Source: a virus. From it: 64,000 nucleotides of DNA. Below are positions 42,557 through 51,522 of this stretch, piece by piece. Both the position numbers and the translations under genes were made by a program. Numbering within the stretch: the stretch's first letter is position 1; each line of letters begins with the position of its first letter. The stretch lies in the IMG/VR virus record IMGVR_UViG_3300045988_092126; one strand, given 5' to 3'. Below the pieces are notes generated by a model. The model had not been told where the DNA came from. It did no database searches and saw only the letters and a list, made by a program, of their open reading frames with translations.

Positions 42557-42967
42557 ATGAAACAGTGGACAGAAGAAGAACTTATTAATGACGGAAACAG
42601 ATTAAGAAATGCTGAAATCACAAATGTATCATTAAATTTCAAAGATCACGGAGTACTTACCCTTGACCTCACTCTTTCTGGCGGTGGATGGGGAGTTGTA
42701 TTCGGAGGATATGTTTTAGGACATGGTTACCTTGGCTCGGAAAACTTTAAAGGTTCAAAGGCAGGGCTTGAAGTGATTATGAGAATCATGGACGTTGTTG
42801 GCGTAGATGACCTAATAGAAATGAAAGGAAAGCATGTCAGAGTTGCTATGAAAGGACTTGGACATTCAGTGAAAATTATCGGAAATTTCATTAAAGATGA
42901 ATGGTTTGATTATGAAAGCTTCTTCGAAGATGAGAAGCCACTTCCAGAACCATATAAGGGAAATTAA
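42557..42967 (+). CDS. hypothetical protein
   Basis: 136 aa with GGGAGGA RBS. The C-terminal ...PLPEPYKGN is shared at the DNA level with the gene ending at 46852. Confidence 0.4.
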   Translation: MKQWTEEELINDGNRLRNAEITNVSLNFKDHGVLTLDLTLSGGGWGVVFGGYVLGHGYLGSENFKGSKAGLEVIMRIMDVVGVDDLIEMKGKHVRVAMKGLGHSVKIIGNFIKDEWFDYESFFEDEKPLPEPYKGN

Positions 42968-42977
42968 AAAGCACCGA

Positions 42978-43130
42978 CTATTTATCGGCACTTTTTACAA
43001 AATCTTGGAGAATGGTAATAACCAGATTATTGAAACTTCTGTTCTCCTGCTTGGCAATCTGCTCAAGTTGTTCTTTAAGCTGTATCGGGAACGTGATATT
43101 AGTTCTGGTCTTATCAGAATTGCTAGCCAT
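42978..43130 (-). CDS. ribbon-helix-helix (CopG/Arc-like) regulator
   Basis: 50 aa from MASNSDKTRTNITFPIQLKEQLEQIAKQENRSFNNLVITILQDFV (beta-alpha-alpha pattern). GGGAGGG RBS. Confidence 0.6.
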   Translation of the reverse strand: MASNSDKTRTNITFPIQLKEQLEQIAKQENRSFNNLVITILQDFVKSADK

Positions 43131-43196
43131 ATGAAATCCCTCCCTTGTTTTTAGAACATTGTAGCATTTTTGTCTATCGGTGTCAATTAGATGCCA

Positions 43197-43277
43197 AAGT
43201 GATACCAAAGTGATACCATTTTATCTTGCAATATAGGTGTTGAAGTGGTATCATAGTGGTATCATAATGGTATCAAA
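43197..43277. repeat. five 11-bp GTGATACC/GGTATCAC-type repeats in a 2+3 inverted arrangement
   Basis: aaagtgatacc x2 (43197-43218), and gtggtatcata x2 plus atggtatcaaa (43245-43277), flanking a 26-bp AT-rich centre between divergent genes. Confidence 0.75.
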
Positions 43278-43290
43278 AATACACCAAAGA

Positions 43291-43917
43291 ATGAATCGAG
43301 GTGATAAGTTTTTGAATAACAACTATAAAAATTTTGTAAAAGCTAAGGCGATTGAAGCTGAGAATAAAAAAAGACTGTTGAAAATCAATCCGAGACTTGA
43401 CAATAAAAGCGGAATCTATTTTCTGACTAGAATTGATGAAAATGGAATCCAGTATTTTTATATCGGACAGGCAGTTCATATAATTCAGAGGATGTGCTCG
43501 CACCTCACAGGTTATCAACATATTGATCTGTCTATAAAAAAACGAGGTTTTTTCAGCATAGATAACCCGTATGGATGGATGATTAACTTTATACATTATC
43601 CAGCGGATAAGTTGGATGAAATGGAGCAGTTTTGGATTCTGGAATATACCAAAAAGGGGTATCAATGCAGGTACAACAAAACATCTGGTAGCCAAGGCGA
43701 AGGAAAGGAGAAGATAAATGAATTTAAGCCTGCTAAAGGCTATAGGGACGGCATACAGCAAGGCAAGAAAGCCCTCGCCAGAGAACTGTCGCATATCATA
43801 GATACGCACCTGCAAGTTTCTTTGAAGCCAGAGAAACAGAATAACAAAGTATCAATTCGGGCTTTTGAAAAATTCCAGAACTTGATTGATGAAAAAACAT
43901 ATGAAAAGGAATCGTGA
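43291..43917 (+). CDS. GIY-YIG nuclease-domain protein
   Basis: SGIYFLTRIDENGIQYFYIGQAVHIIQRMCSH (GIY...YIG...R) and E in WILEY. Start uncertain (ATG 43291 or TTG 43312). Confidence 0.6.
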   Translation: MNRGDKFLNNNYKNFVKAKAIEAENKKRLLKINPRLDNKSGIYFLTRIDENGIQYFYIGQAVHIIQRMCSHLTGYQHIDLSIKKRGFFSIDNPYGWMINFIHYPADKLDEMEQFWILEYTKKGYQCRYNKTSGSQGEGKEKINEFKPAKGYRDGIQQGKKALARELSHIIDTHLQVSLKPEKQNNKVSIRAFEKFQNLIDEKTYEKES

Positions 43918-44177
43918 ATATGGACGCATTAAGGCATCAAAAACACATGCAATGGATGCAGAACCGTAAGGATATTTATTATTTCATCCGTAAATACGCA
44001 ATGTCTCACAAAGGGACTCCAACAACCAAGAAGATATCTGAGGAACTAGATATCAGTAGGAGTGCAGTTCAAAGGCATCTAAGGCAGTTCGAGGACGATG
44101 GATTGATCGTATTTCACGGAACCAGTTCGCACAGGACATACGAACTGATAGGAGTAAAGAAACATGAAACTGTATGA
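43914..44177 (+). CDS. winged-helix DNA-binding protein
   Basis: 87 aa. TTKKISEELDISRSAVQRHLRQFEDDGLIVF is a MarR/LexA-N-like wHTH. Confidence 0.5.
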   Translation: MNMDALRHQKHMQWMQNRKDIYYFIRKYAMSHKGTPTTKKISEELDISRSAVQRHLRQFEDDGLIVFHGTSSHRTYELIGVKKHETV

Positions 44178-44421
44178 CGTATACGACGGTTCAAAGTATA
44201 TCGGGGAGCTAACGCTTGCTGAAATATCAGAATTGACAGGAAAGACAAGATGTCAGATATCGCAGGCAATCAGCGGGGCATATGACATTAACGGAAGATA
44301 TGCGGTCATATATGATGGGCAACAAACAATCGCATACTCAAACAAGAATGACCGCAGGATGTTAATGGAATTTGACATTCTGACTCAGAAGATAAGGAGG
44401 GCTGTCGGTTGGGAAAGTTAA
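44164..44421 (+). CDS. hypothetical protein
   Basis: 85 aa. Overlaps the upstream gene. Possible HTH LTLAEISELTGKTRCQISQAI. Confidence 0.35.
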   Translation: MKLYDVYDGSKYIGELTLAEISELTGKTRCQISQAISGAYDINGRYAVIYDGQQTIAYSNKNDRRMLMEFDILTQKIRRAVGWES

Positions 44422-44789
44422 AAATCAAGCAGAAAAAGAAAGCATTCATTCCGTATACGAATCAGCAGGCTCATATATTTGCGCAGTCTATCCAGAACTG
44501 CCAGAAAGAGCTTAAGGAAATGGAAAAGAAAGCCTATGAAGATGGTTTTACCGTTGGTGAAGATTGGAGCAATACGATCAACACCGTCACAACCATGATG
44601 GCCCTGAGACGTTTATATGGCTTTTCTACGAAGCGATTGCTTGATGTGATAAAGACTGCCAATGAGTATGTTGAAATGGCAAATGAGGGCAAAATGAGCG
44701 TTCTGAGCATGATACAAGACATTGAAGAGAACACAGATATAAGATTTGACGAGATGAATAAGAATCTGGTTAAGAAGATGGGAGTATAA
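44409..44789 (+). CDS. hypothetical protein
   Basis: 126 aa with a TTG start per the ORF track. Start uncertain. Confidence 0.3.
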   Translation: MGKLKIKQKKKAFIPYTNQQAHIFAQSIQNCQKELKEMEKKAYEDGFTVGEDWSNTINTVTTMMALRRLYGFSTKRLLDVIKTANEYVEMANEGKMSVLSMIQDIEENTDIRFDEMNKNLVKKMGV

Positions 44790-44850
44790 AATCATGGAGG
44801 ACTGCACAATAGCATGTCAGTTGCTTACATGGGGAAAGTGAGGATGAAAA

Positions 44851-45138
44851 ATGAAATTTAAAAGTAACGCCAAGTATGACGAAGAACCTAAAACTGGAAG
44901 TATTTTTGCCTTGAAATACAATTCTTTAAGAATCGTTATTCACAAATACGTCGGCTGTGGAGATACGCTGTTTCTCAACTGTAGTACATTGGGTATTTAC
45001 AACTACGATCTCAGAACAGAGGATTTTGAGGAAGCTGTCAGTAAAGCAAAAGAAATTATCATGCGTGAAGTTAAGAAAATCAGAGAGGATTCATACATAT
45101 TCTATTCAGACAACAATATTGAATTTGACAGATATTAG
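44851..45138 (+). CDS. hypothetical protein
   Basis: 95 aa with GAGGATGA RBS. Confidence 0.35.
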   Translation: MKFKSNAKYDEEPKTGSIFALKYNSLRIVIHKYVGCGDTLFLNCSTLGIYNYDLRTEDFEEAVSKAKEIIMREVKKIREDSYIFYSDNNIEFDRY

Positions 45139-45147
45139 GAGGACGCA

Positions 45148-45504
45148 ATGACAGAGCAGGAAAAGAAAGAACTTCTGGATGAACTTGAAAAACGTATGGA
45201 TGAAAAATACAAAGGGTGTCTTACCAGAGAAGATGTCGGAACCACACTAAAAGCGCCGAGAGAAAAGTGGTTCAGAGACGAGAATGGAAATGGAAGATAT
45301 TCTCTGATGGCAGATGCTTTTGATTCCACCATTATTTCATGGCAGGTCTGGGAAACAATCAGAAAGTTGACTTGTGTTATCTGCGGTAAGCAGTATGTTA
45401 GACAGCTTGCAAATGTAGAGAATGCGGATGAGATTGCAGAGAAACTTTGCCAGTTTGTTTATGATTTGAAGATGGAATTTAAAAAGAAGGAGGACGTAAA
45501 ATGA
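45148..45504 (+). CDS. hypothetical protein
   Basis: 118 aa with AGGAGGA RBS. Confidence 0.4.
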   Translation: MTEQEKKELLDELEKRMDEKYKGCLTREDVGTTLKAPREKWFRDENGNGRYSLMADAFDSTIISWQVWETIRKLTCVICGKQYVRQLANVENADEIAEKLCQFVYDLKMEFKKKEDVK

Positions 45505-45665
45505 GCTACTGTGACGGAACCTGTAAGTATCTGAATGTAAGAAAACACAAATGCGAATTGACAGGAGAAAAACTCACATACATGAAACAGAGTTGTGGAA
45601 TCGAGTATTCAGTGCATGAACACATAGGATTCTGTGAGAAAGATAAGGAGGACGCAAAATGTTAA
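45501..45665 (+). CDS. small Cys-rich protein (54 aa)
   Basis: MSYCDGTCKYLNVRKHKCELTGEKL... with ATGA overlap and AAGGAGGA RBS. Below the ORF-track cutoff. Confidence 0.3.
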   Translation: MSYCDGTCKYLNVRKHKCELTGEKLTYMKQSCGIEYSVHEHIGFCEKDKEDAKC

Positions 45666-45946
45666 TCAGAAGTCAAGATAAAAGCCGATTAATAAATTTT
45701 AACAATATACGAGAACTGCGATTCTGGGAATGTGCACAAGGGTTTGATATAACGGATTGCGTGTGCCCAATTGGTCATTATTCCACCAGAGAAAAAGCCC
45801 TTAAAGTACTGGATATGATTCAGGAAGCTTATAGTGAATATCAAATCATGTTGAACTTCAGCGTAAGTTATCTTCACGAATTTAAAGAAAAAACAGATGG
45901 ATTTGCTATCTTTCAGATGCCAGAGGATAGCGAGGTGGAAGTATGA
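45659..45946 (+). CDS. hypothetical protein (paralog of 40198..40554)
   Basis: 95 aa with AAGGAGGA RBS. Shared N- and C-terminal motifs with 40198..40554. Confidence 0.4.
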   Translation: MLIRSQDKSRLINFNNIRELRFWECAQGFDITDCVCPIGHYSTREKALKVLDMIQEAYSEYQIMLNFSVSYLHEFKEKTDGFAIFQMPEDSEVEV

Positions 45947-46509
45947 AAAGATATGAAACAACAAAATTTCTTGGTCAATTGATGGAAAAAAGCTGTTTTT
46001 CCGGCCCAGGTAAATACTGGGCTAGAGAAGTAAGCCTTGATTATGGCTACGCAGCAGGAAAGCCAAGAAGAGTAAATTACATGCAGTTTATTCCGGAAAA
46101 CCAGTGTTCTATCTCATCAATCGAAAAAGGAATATTTACATGCTATGAAATCAAAAGCTGCAAAGAGGATATTTACAGCGGAAATGGATTAAATTTTATT
46201 GGCGAAAAAAACTATCTTGTAACAACAATGGAGTGCTACAAAGAGATTTTACCTGATTTAAAAAATGGAAAATTTGCCCAACACATACGTGAGAATTTTC
46301 CAGAATGTTACGCGGAAATAGGTAACATGGGAGTAATGGTTGCAGTTCCGTATCAGAGAGATGTTGCCGAAGAATTTGAAAACCCAACACCACTAGATGG
46401 AGATGTGGAAAAATGGAGATTATCAGTTATTTTGAAGTGTGGACACAATGGGTCAAGAAAAAGATCCATGACAGAACTGTTGTTTCACATGGTAAGAAGC
46501 TGGAATTGA
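45943..46509 (+). CDS. PD-(D/E)xK-like nuclease (tentative)
   Basis: 188 aa. ...FTCYEIKSCKEDIYSG contains an E-x-K element after a conserved acidic region. Weak call. Confidence 0.3.
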   Translation: MKRYETTKFLGQLMEKSCFSGPGKYWAREVSLDYGYAAGKPRRVNYMQFIPENQCSISSIEKGIFTCYEIKSCKEDIYSGNGLNFIGEKNYLVTTMECYKEILPDLKNGKFAQHIRENFPECYAEIGNMGVMVAVPYQRDVAEEFENPTPLDGDVEKWRLSVILKCGHNGSRKRSMTELLFHMVRSWN

Positions 46510-46525
46510 GAAAGGATGGAATAAT

Positions 46526-46852
46526 ATGAGCCATATCAAAGACAGATTATCGGATTATCATGATTTTGTGAAGAAACTTGCGGATGACCACCAGATGGTT
46601 TTAGCAAGCGATGTTATGGATATGATAGAACAGATTAAGGATGATCTGGAACAGGACGAGAAAGAAAATGGTTGGATTCCTGTCAGTGAGAGATTACCGG
46701 AAGACGGAACATATATCACTACTTTAGACGGAGAGCTTGTCGGACAGGAAGAACCATTCACGGGAATGTGCGGTATCGAAAATGGAAAATGGGATGATGA
46801 AGACTGTGTTATTGCCTGGATGCCACTTCCAGAACCATATAAGGAGGACTAA
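46526..46852 (+). CDS. DUF551-like protein
   Basis: GWIPVSERLPEDGTY...AWMPLPEPYK is the characteristic DUF551 pattern. Confidence 0.5.
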   Translation: MSHIKDRLSDYHDFVKKLADDHQMVLASDVMDMIEQIKDDLEQDEKENGWIPVSERLPEDGTYITTLDGELVGQEEPFTGMCGIENGKWDDEDCVIAWMPLPEPYKED

Positions 46853-46854
46853 AC

Positions 46855-46956
46855 ATGATTACATTCTTATTAGGATTCACTCTTGGAATCATAGTCGGAG
46901 TGGTTGGTATTATATGTATAGCGATCATGTACGACAAGCATCACCCAGACGATTAG
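46855..46956 (+). CDS. tiny single-TM protein (33 aa)
   Basis: MITFLLGFTLGIIVGVVGIICIAIMYDKHHPDD with an AAGGAGGA RBS at 46841-46848. Confidence 0.35.
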   Translation: MITFLLGFTLGIIVGVVGIICIAIMYDKHHPDD

Positions 46957-46969
46957 AAAGGAGAACGGT

Positions 46970-47284
46970 ATGCTGACAAGGAATAAAAAGCTGAAAGACT
47001 ACGGTATTCCGGCAGAAGACATAGAAAAACTGAATACGATGCTGAAAGACTTCCCGGCAGAGTACGGATACCTGCTTTCTAGTGCCGCCTTGTCAGCTTG
47101 CCCGAAAAACACGGTGATAGCGGATATGGTTATTGAGAATATCCTACACCGGAAAAGTTACAGGAAAATCAGCAAAGAAAGATATATCCCGATGAACCCG
47201 AAAGACTTCTACGGATACAGACGCAAGACCGTCGCTGTACTGTATGAGAGGATGAGGCTGTTGGGAATGTGGGAGGATGAATAA
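46970..47284 (+). CDS. hypothetical protein
   Basis: 104 aa with AAGGAGA RBS. Confidence 0.4.
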   Translation: MLTRNKKLKDYGIPAEDIEKLNTMLKDFPAEYGYLLSSAALSACPKNTVIADMVIENILHRKSYRKISKERYIPMNPKDFYGYRRKTVAVLYERMRLLGMWEDE

Positions 47285-47515
47285 ATGCGTTTAATTGATG
47301 CAGACAAAATAATTGACTCTCTTGGAAATTCGGATATGGATTTTGCAATAGGTGCGGTTATTGACGAACAGCCGACAGCTTTTGATGTGGATGAAGTTGT
47401 TCAACAGTTGGAAATGTTAATCGAAGATAAATGTTCAGAATCAGGTGACGATTGGTATACAGCCCAATGCTTGAATGAAGCAGTTGAAATTGTAAAAGGT
47501 GGTGGAGTTGAATGA
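47285..47515 (+). CDS. hypothetical protein
   Basis: 76 aa. The ATG abuts the upstream stop. Confidence 0.4.
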   Translation: MRLIDADKIIDSLGNSDMDFAIGAVIDEQPTAFDVDEVVQQLEMLIEDKCSESGDDWYTAQCLNEAVEIVKGGGVE

Positions 47516-47940
47516 GAGAAATTCTTTTTAAGGCAAAGCGGATTGATAATGGAGAATGGGTTGAGGGATGTTACGCGGAATGCAATGGCAAGACATTCAT
47601 TGGAATTGATATATCCATTGGCATTGATGATATATTTGAGGTTTTTTGTACTCATGTAATTAGGTGGCTTGAAGTCGATCCAGAAACCCTCTGCCAGTTC
47701 ACGGGGGAGACTGACAAGAACGGTAAGAGGATCTGGGAGAGCGATGTTGTTTGGCTTGTTTATGATGGTGAAGAACATATTTATCAGATAGTTTGGGATA
47801 ACTCTGAATTAGATTTTAAAGCGACCAATGGTGAAGAAAATTACGGATTGAATTTTGAATATTTACTATGTTGCGATGAAATTGAAGTTATTGGAAACAT
47901 TTTCGACAATCCAGAATTATTACAGGAGGAACACAAATGA
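47512..47940 (+). CDS. YopX-family protein
   Basis: MREILFKAKRIDNGEWVEG...CQFTGETDKNGKRIWESDVV...EVIGNIFDNPELL is a classic YopX pattern. Confidence 0.75.
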   Translation: MREILFKAKRIDNGEWVEGCYAECNGKTFIGIDISIGIDDIFEVFCTHVIRWLEVDPETLCQFTGETDKNGKRIWESDVVWLVYDGEEHIYQIVWDNSELDFKATNGEENYGLNFEYLLCCDEIEVIGNIFDNPELLQEEHK

Positions 47941-48179
47941 GTAGTGCAAGCGTAAGATTCGGAACAAAAGCGTATGTATGCGCAAGGTACTTCCTTAGAC
48001 CGGGAAAGTGCTTCAAATACATCGATCAGTGTGGCGAAGACGCCGCAGAACACGTCTATGAGGTCATGGCATTATATCCTTATTGCGTATTGTTAAGAGA
48101 TACCAGAAACGGAGTCAGAACTTGCCCGGGATATAATACTTTGAGCCTGATGCTGAGAGGAAGTGAAGTGAGTGATTAA
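47937..48179 (+). CDS. hypothetical protein
   Basis: 80 aa with ATGA overlap. Confidence 0.35.
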   Translation: MSSASVRFGTKAYVCARYFLRPGKCFKYIDQCGEDAAEHVYEVMALYPYCVLLRDTRNGVRTCPGYNTLSLMLRGSEVSD

Positions 48180-48323
48180 AGGAAAAGACATTTCGACTAT
48201 GTTTACAAGAGAAGAAAACAAAAAGAACGGAAGGCTTGGATATTGTCAGGCTACAAGAGAAAAAGACACTATCATTAGTCCTTCACAATATGGAGCATTC
48301 TTGCAGAAAAGAGGTAAGAGAAG

Positions 48324-48578
48324 ATGGGTAAATCAGTATTAATCATGAGCACACCAAAAGGATGTTTTGCTTGCCCATTTCATATGGCGGATTTCAATTT
48401 TAATTTATGCCTTGCAACAAGAAATGATTCAATCAGAACTATTTCTAAAGTAAGCCATGAAGGATTCAAAAAACTGGCCGGAAGACCCGAATGGTGTCCA
48501 CTGAAAGAATTGCCAGAAAAATTGGAAACAAGCACACGTGATAATGAAAGATGCGGTCAAGACGCGGCAAATAAGTGA
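48324..48578 (+). CDS. hypothetical protein
   Basis: 84 aa. Cys pairs CFACPF...C. Confidence 0.35.
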   Translation: MGKSVLIMSTPKGCFACPFHMADFNFNLCLATRNDSIRTISKVSHEGFKKLAGRPEWCPLKELPEKLETSTRDNERCGQDAANK

Positions 48579-48595
48579 TAAGGGAGGAAACGCGG

Positions 48596-49132
48596 ATGAT
48601 TGATTTAACGAATACATGTGTTCTGGTTAGAACAAAAGAAGAAAATGAAATGCTTCTCAAAGAAGCTGAGAAACAGGGATTTCATTGGTATAGAGAAGAC
48701 CATTGTGAGCCATTACAAGCACAATATTTTCCAGACATTTTAAAATTTTATGAACATGATATAACTTATGCGACAAGTGTCAAATCAGACTTTGCTTTCT
48801 ATGAGGCATCAGAACTCCTCGGGACAAAAGAAATGACAGCAAGAGAATTTGCTGAACGGATTGCAGATGTAAGCAATTGTTGCGAACGTGAATGTATAGA
48901 ATGTGTGTTGAATAAAAGAAATAATAAGTGTAACAATGATTTGTGCGATACCCGTAATTGGGGAAATAATATAGATAAACTTCTTGAAATTGTGAAAACA
49001 GGCATTCAATCCCGGAGTAAAGCAATTGACATTTTTGAAAAATTTATCGAGAATCCAGACCGCGCAGCATTAAATGATGAATTTGTTGAGTCTTTGAAGC
49101 TAGCGGTGGAGAAGCTGAAAGAGGTGGAATGA
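48596..49132 (+). CDS. hypothetical protein
   Basis: 178 aa from ATG 48596 (GGGAGGA RBS). Confidence 0.4.
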   Translation: MIDLTNTCVLVRTKEENEMLLKEAEKQGFHWYREDHCEPLQAQYFPDILKFYEHDITYATSVKSDFAFYEASELLGTKEMTAREFAERIADVSNCCERECIECVLNKRNNKCNNDLCDTRNWGNNIDKLLEIVKTGIQSRSKAIDIFEKFIENPDRAALNDEFVESLKLAVEKLKEVE

Positions 49133-49665
49133 TGGAAAAGATAATAATTGACGATATGATAAAAGCCCTTAAATGCGTTGCCAGCCAGGATACTATAGGT
49201 GATTGCTATGCAGGCCACGAAAACTTCATGCATAGGAATGATGAGCATAAACGCATTGTCTGTGGAACTGGCGAGGATTTAAGAGATTATATAAGCGGGA
49301 AGGAAGCGGTTGGATGCCCGTATTATCAAAATACTTATGGATGTTGTTTTGAAAATGGGGAATTATCTTGGTTGAAAGATGTTGCAGAGCTGTTGGAAGA
49401 ATTGAAGTCTTACAAAGACCTAGAAGAACAGGGATTACTTGTGAGATTGCCGTGTAAGGTTGGCGATTCTGTCTTCATCATTGTTGGTAAAGATGTTTCA
49501 AAACAGAAAATAATAAAGGTAGAAATTTCTGATAATGGAATTATCTTTAAAACGAATAGGCAGAAAAGAATATTTAGCATTGCCGGGCTTGGAGAAAACG
49601 TATTTCTCACCCTTGAAGAAGCTGAGAAGAAGCTGGAGGAGATGCAGAATGCTAAAAATGCCTAA
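49129..49665 (+). CDS. hypothetical protein
   Basis: 178 aa with ATGA overlap. Confidence 0.4.
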   Translation: MMEKIIIDDMIKALKCVASQDTIGDCYAGHENFMHRNDEHKRIVCGTGEDLRDYISGKEAVGCPYYQNTYGCCFENGELSWLKDVAELLEELKSYKDLEEQGLLVRLPCKVGDSVFIIVGKDVSKQKIIKVEISDNGIIFKTNRQKRIFSIAGLGENVFLTLEEAEKKLEEMQNAKNA

Positions 49666-49831
49666 GTCAATGAAATATAATAAGATTCCCGAAATGTGTG
49701 GAACATGTATTTATCGCAAATGGGTTCGTGAGTTTCTGGATTATGTGTGCACGAATCCGGACCCAGAATTACATGGAACAGCAGTTGATTTCGATGATTA
49801 TTGCGGAAAATGGAAGGAAAAACATGCATAG
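49649..49831 (+). CDS. small Cys-rich protein
   Basis: 60 aa from ATG 49649. MCGTCIYRKW...C...YCGKW. Confidence 0.3.
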   Translation: MLKMPKSMKYNKIPEMCGTCIYRKWVREFLDYVCTNPDPELHGTAVDFDDYCGKWKEKHA

Positions 49832-49949
49832 ACATCAATGGATTAAATACCATCATCACAGAAGAGGATGGGTGTACAGATGTAGATTTTGTGGAAAGCT
49901 TTGCAGATAGAAGAAAGTGAGTAAAAATATTTGGAATGGGAGGATTAAC

Positions 49950-50255
49950 ATGAAACCAGAAGAAGCAATTAAAATCTTACAGGAACGTATTGGCTTAACT
50001 AAAAAGGTCTGGTCGAATGTACCAGAAATTATTAAGTACCGTGAAGCATTAGAATTAGCAGTTAAAGCGTTAGAAAATCAGACCCCAATGAAACCAAATA
50101 ACATGAAAACTATTTTCGATTTTTCTGGCAGATATTATGCAACAAAAGGTAACTGCCCAGTTTGTAATAGTGAGGGACTTTATAAATCGGATTTTTATTG
50201 CAATAAGTGTGGACAGAGATTAGATTGGAGCGGAAAAGATGGCGTACAACATTGA
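49950..50255 (+). CDS. hypothetical protein with C-terminal zinc-ribbon-like CxxC...CxxC
   Basis: 101 aa from ATG 49950 (GGGAGGA RBS). CPVCNSEG...YCNKCGQ. Confidence 0.4.
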   Translation: MKPEEAIKILQERIGLTKKVWSNVPEIIKYREALELAVKALENQTPMKPNNMKTIFDFSGRYYATKGNCPVCNSEGLYKSDFYCNKCGQRLDWSGKDGVQH

Positions 50256-50517
50256 TGAAAGTATTATTGCCAAAAGCATCAAGCATTACGGAGCGGAAAT
50301 CCAGGGCACTGTCTGTATGGAAGAATGCGCAGAACTGATACAGGCGATCAGTAAAGCAAAGCGCGGAAAGTTTGATGAAAACAATATGACAGAAGAAATC
50401 GCAGACGTACTGATATGTATTGAGATATTAAAACAAATTTACAATATTCCGGATTACTCAATCAAAAACTGGATTGAACGAAAGCAGAAAAGAATACTTG
50501 ACAGAATGGAGAAATAG
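50239..50517 (+). CDS. MazG-like nucleotide pyrophosphohydrolase
   Basis: 92 aa. CMEECAELIQAISKAKRG......MTEEIADVLICIEIL is the EExxE...EExxD pattern of small phage MazG proteins. Confidence 0.6.
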   Translation: MAYNIDESIIAKSIKHYGAEIQGTVCMEECAELIQAISKAKRGKFDENNMTEEIADVLICIEILKQIYNIPDYSIKNWIERKQKRILDRMEK

Positions 50518-50519
50518 AT

Positions 50520-50675
50520 ATGGGAGACAAAATATGCAAAACTTGCATTGAAAACGATAACGGGCTGTGTGACCGCAAAGGCATCCTGATAGAGGAAGAT
50601 GATACCTGTGAAAAGCACACAGAAAATTGGATGGACTCTTTAATGGAGAAATTCATTCGAAAATCAATGTGGTAA
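50520..50675 (+). CDS. small Cys-rich protein (51 aa)
   Basis: MGDKICKTCIENDNGLCDRKGILIEEDDTCEKH... Below the ORF-track cutoff. Confidence 0.3.
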   Translation: MGDKICKTCIENDNGLCDRKGILIEEDDTCEKHTENWMDSLMEKFIRKSMW

Positions 50676-50712
50676 GGGTGGAAACGCCCTTACTAGACGG
50701 GAAGGTGGCTAA

Positions 50713-51522
50713 ATGACAAAAGTGAGTTGGATTCGATTAGAAATAGATATGTTCGACAACAAGAAAATCCGGCATATCAGAAAACTTCCAGAGGGAAACA
50801 ATATCGTGCTGATCTGGATGATGCTCCTGACAATGGCAGGGCGTTGTAATTCAAACGGAATTATTTTTCTGACAGAGAATATTCCATATACAAACAAGAT
50901 GCTGGCTGACGAGCTGGACTTTGACGAGAGCGTGATCGAACTTGCACTTACAATTCTTGAAAAGTTCGGCATGATAACCAGAGACGGAACAATGCTTTCA
51001 ATTCCCGGATGGGAAGAACACCAGAACATTGATGGACTTGAAAAAATCAGAGAGCAGACAAGAAAACGAGTTGCTGAGCATAGAAAGCGCCAGAAAGAAT
51101 TGTCGGAAGAAGAGATTCCAGAACAAATTTCTTGCGAAAAAGATTTAGTCAAGCCCGGTGATGTGCAGAAAGTAGTCGATGAATGGAATAAGCTTCAGCA
51201 GTTCGGTATTCAGCCGATTGCAAGAATGACAGCAAGAAGAACGCAGATGTTGAAAGCAAGAATCCGTGAATACGGCATGGACAAGGTAATGGAAGCGTTG
51301 AAAAATGTACAAAACAGTGACTTCCTCATGGGAAAGAAAACTGATTTTATAATAAGCTTTGAATGGTTCGTGAAACCGAACAACTTCTTAAAAATACTCG
51401 AAAATAAATACCATAACAGGGAGGATATGCGAAATGGAACTGGCACAGCTCAAAGAAATGTCGAACCAATCATCCCACTTGGAGAATGGAACGGAGAAGA
51501 ATCAGACACCCCGTTCGCTTGA
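50713..51522 (+). CDS. phage replisome organizer (DnaD-like)
   Basis: VSWIRLEIDMFDNKKIRHIRKLPEGNNIVLIWMMLLTMAGRCNSNG.IFL is the replisome-organizer N-terminal domain. Confidence 0.75.
   Translation: MTKVSWIRLEIDMFDNKKIRHIRKLPEGNNIVLIWMMLLTMAGRCNSNGIIFLTENIPYTNKMLADELDFDESVIELALTILEKFGMITRDGTMLSIPGWEEHQNIDGLEKIREQTRKRVAEHRKRQKELSEEEIPEQISCEKDLVKPGDVQKVVDEWNKLQQFGIQPIARMTARRTQMLKARIREYGMDKVMEALKNVQNSDFLMGKKTDFIISFEWFVKPNNFLKILENKYHNREDMRNGTGTAQRNVEPIIPLGEWNGEESDTPFA

Noticed and set aside
48199-48326. 47-aa ORF (MFTREENKKNGRLGY...) in the gap between 47937..48179 and 48324..48578.
   Set aside because: It fills the gap neatly, but it has no clear RBS or motif. It is left unannotated.
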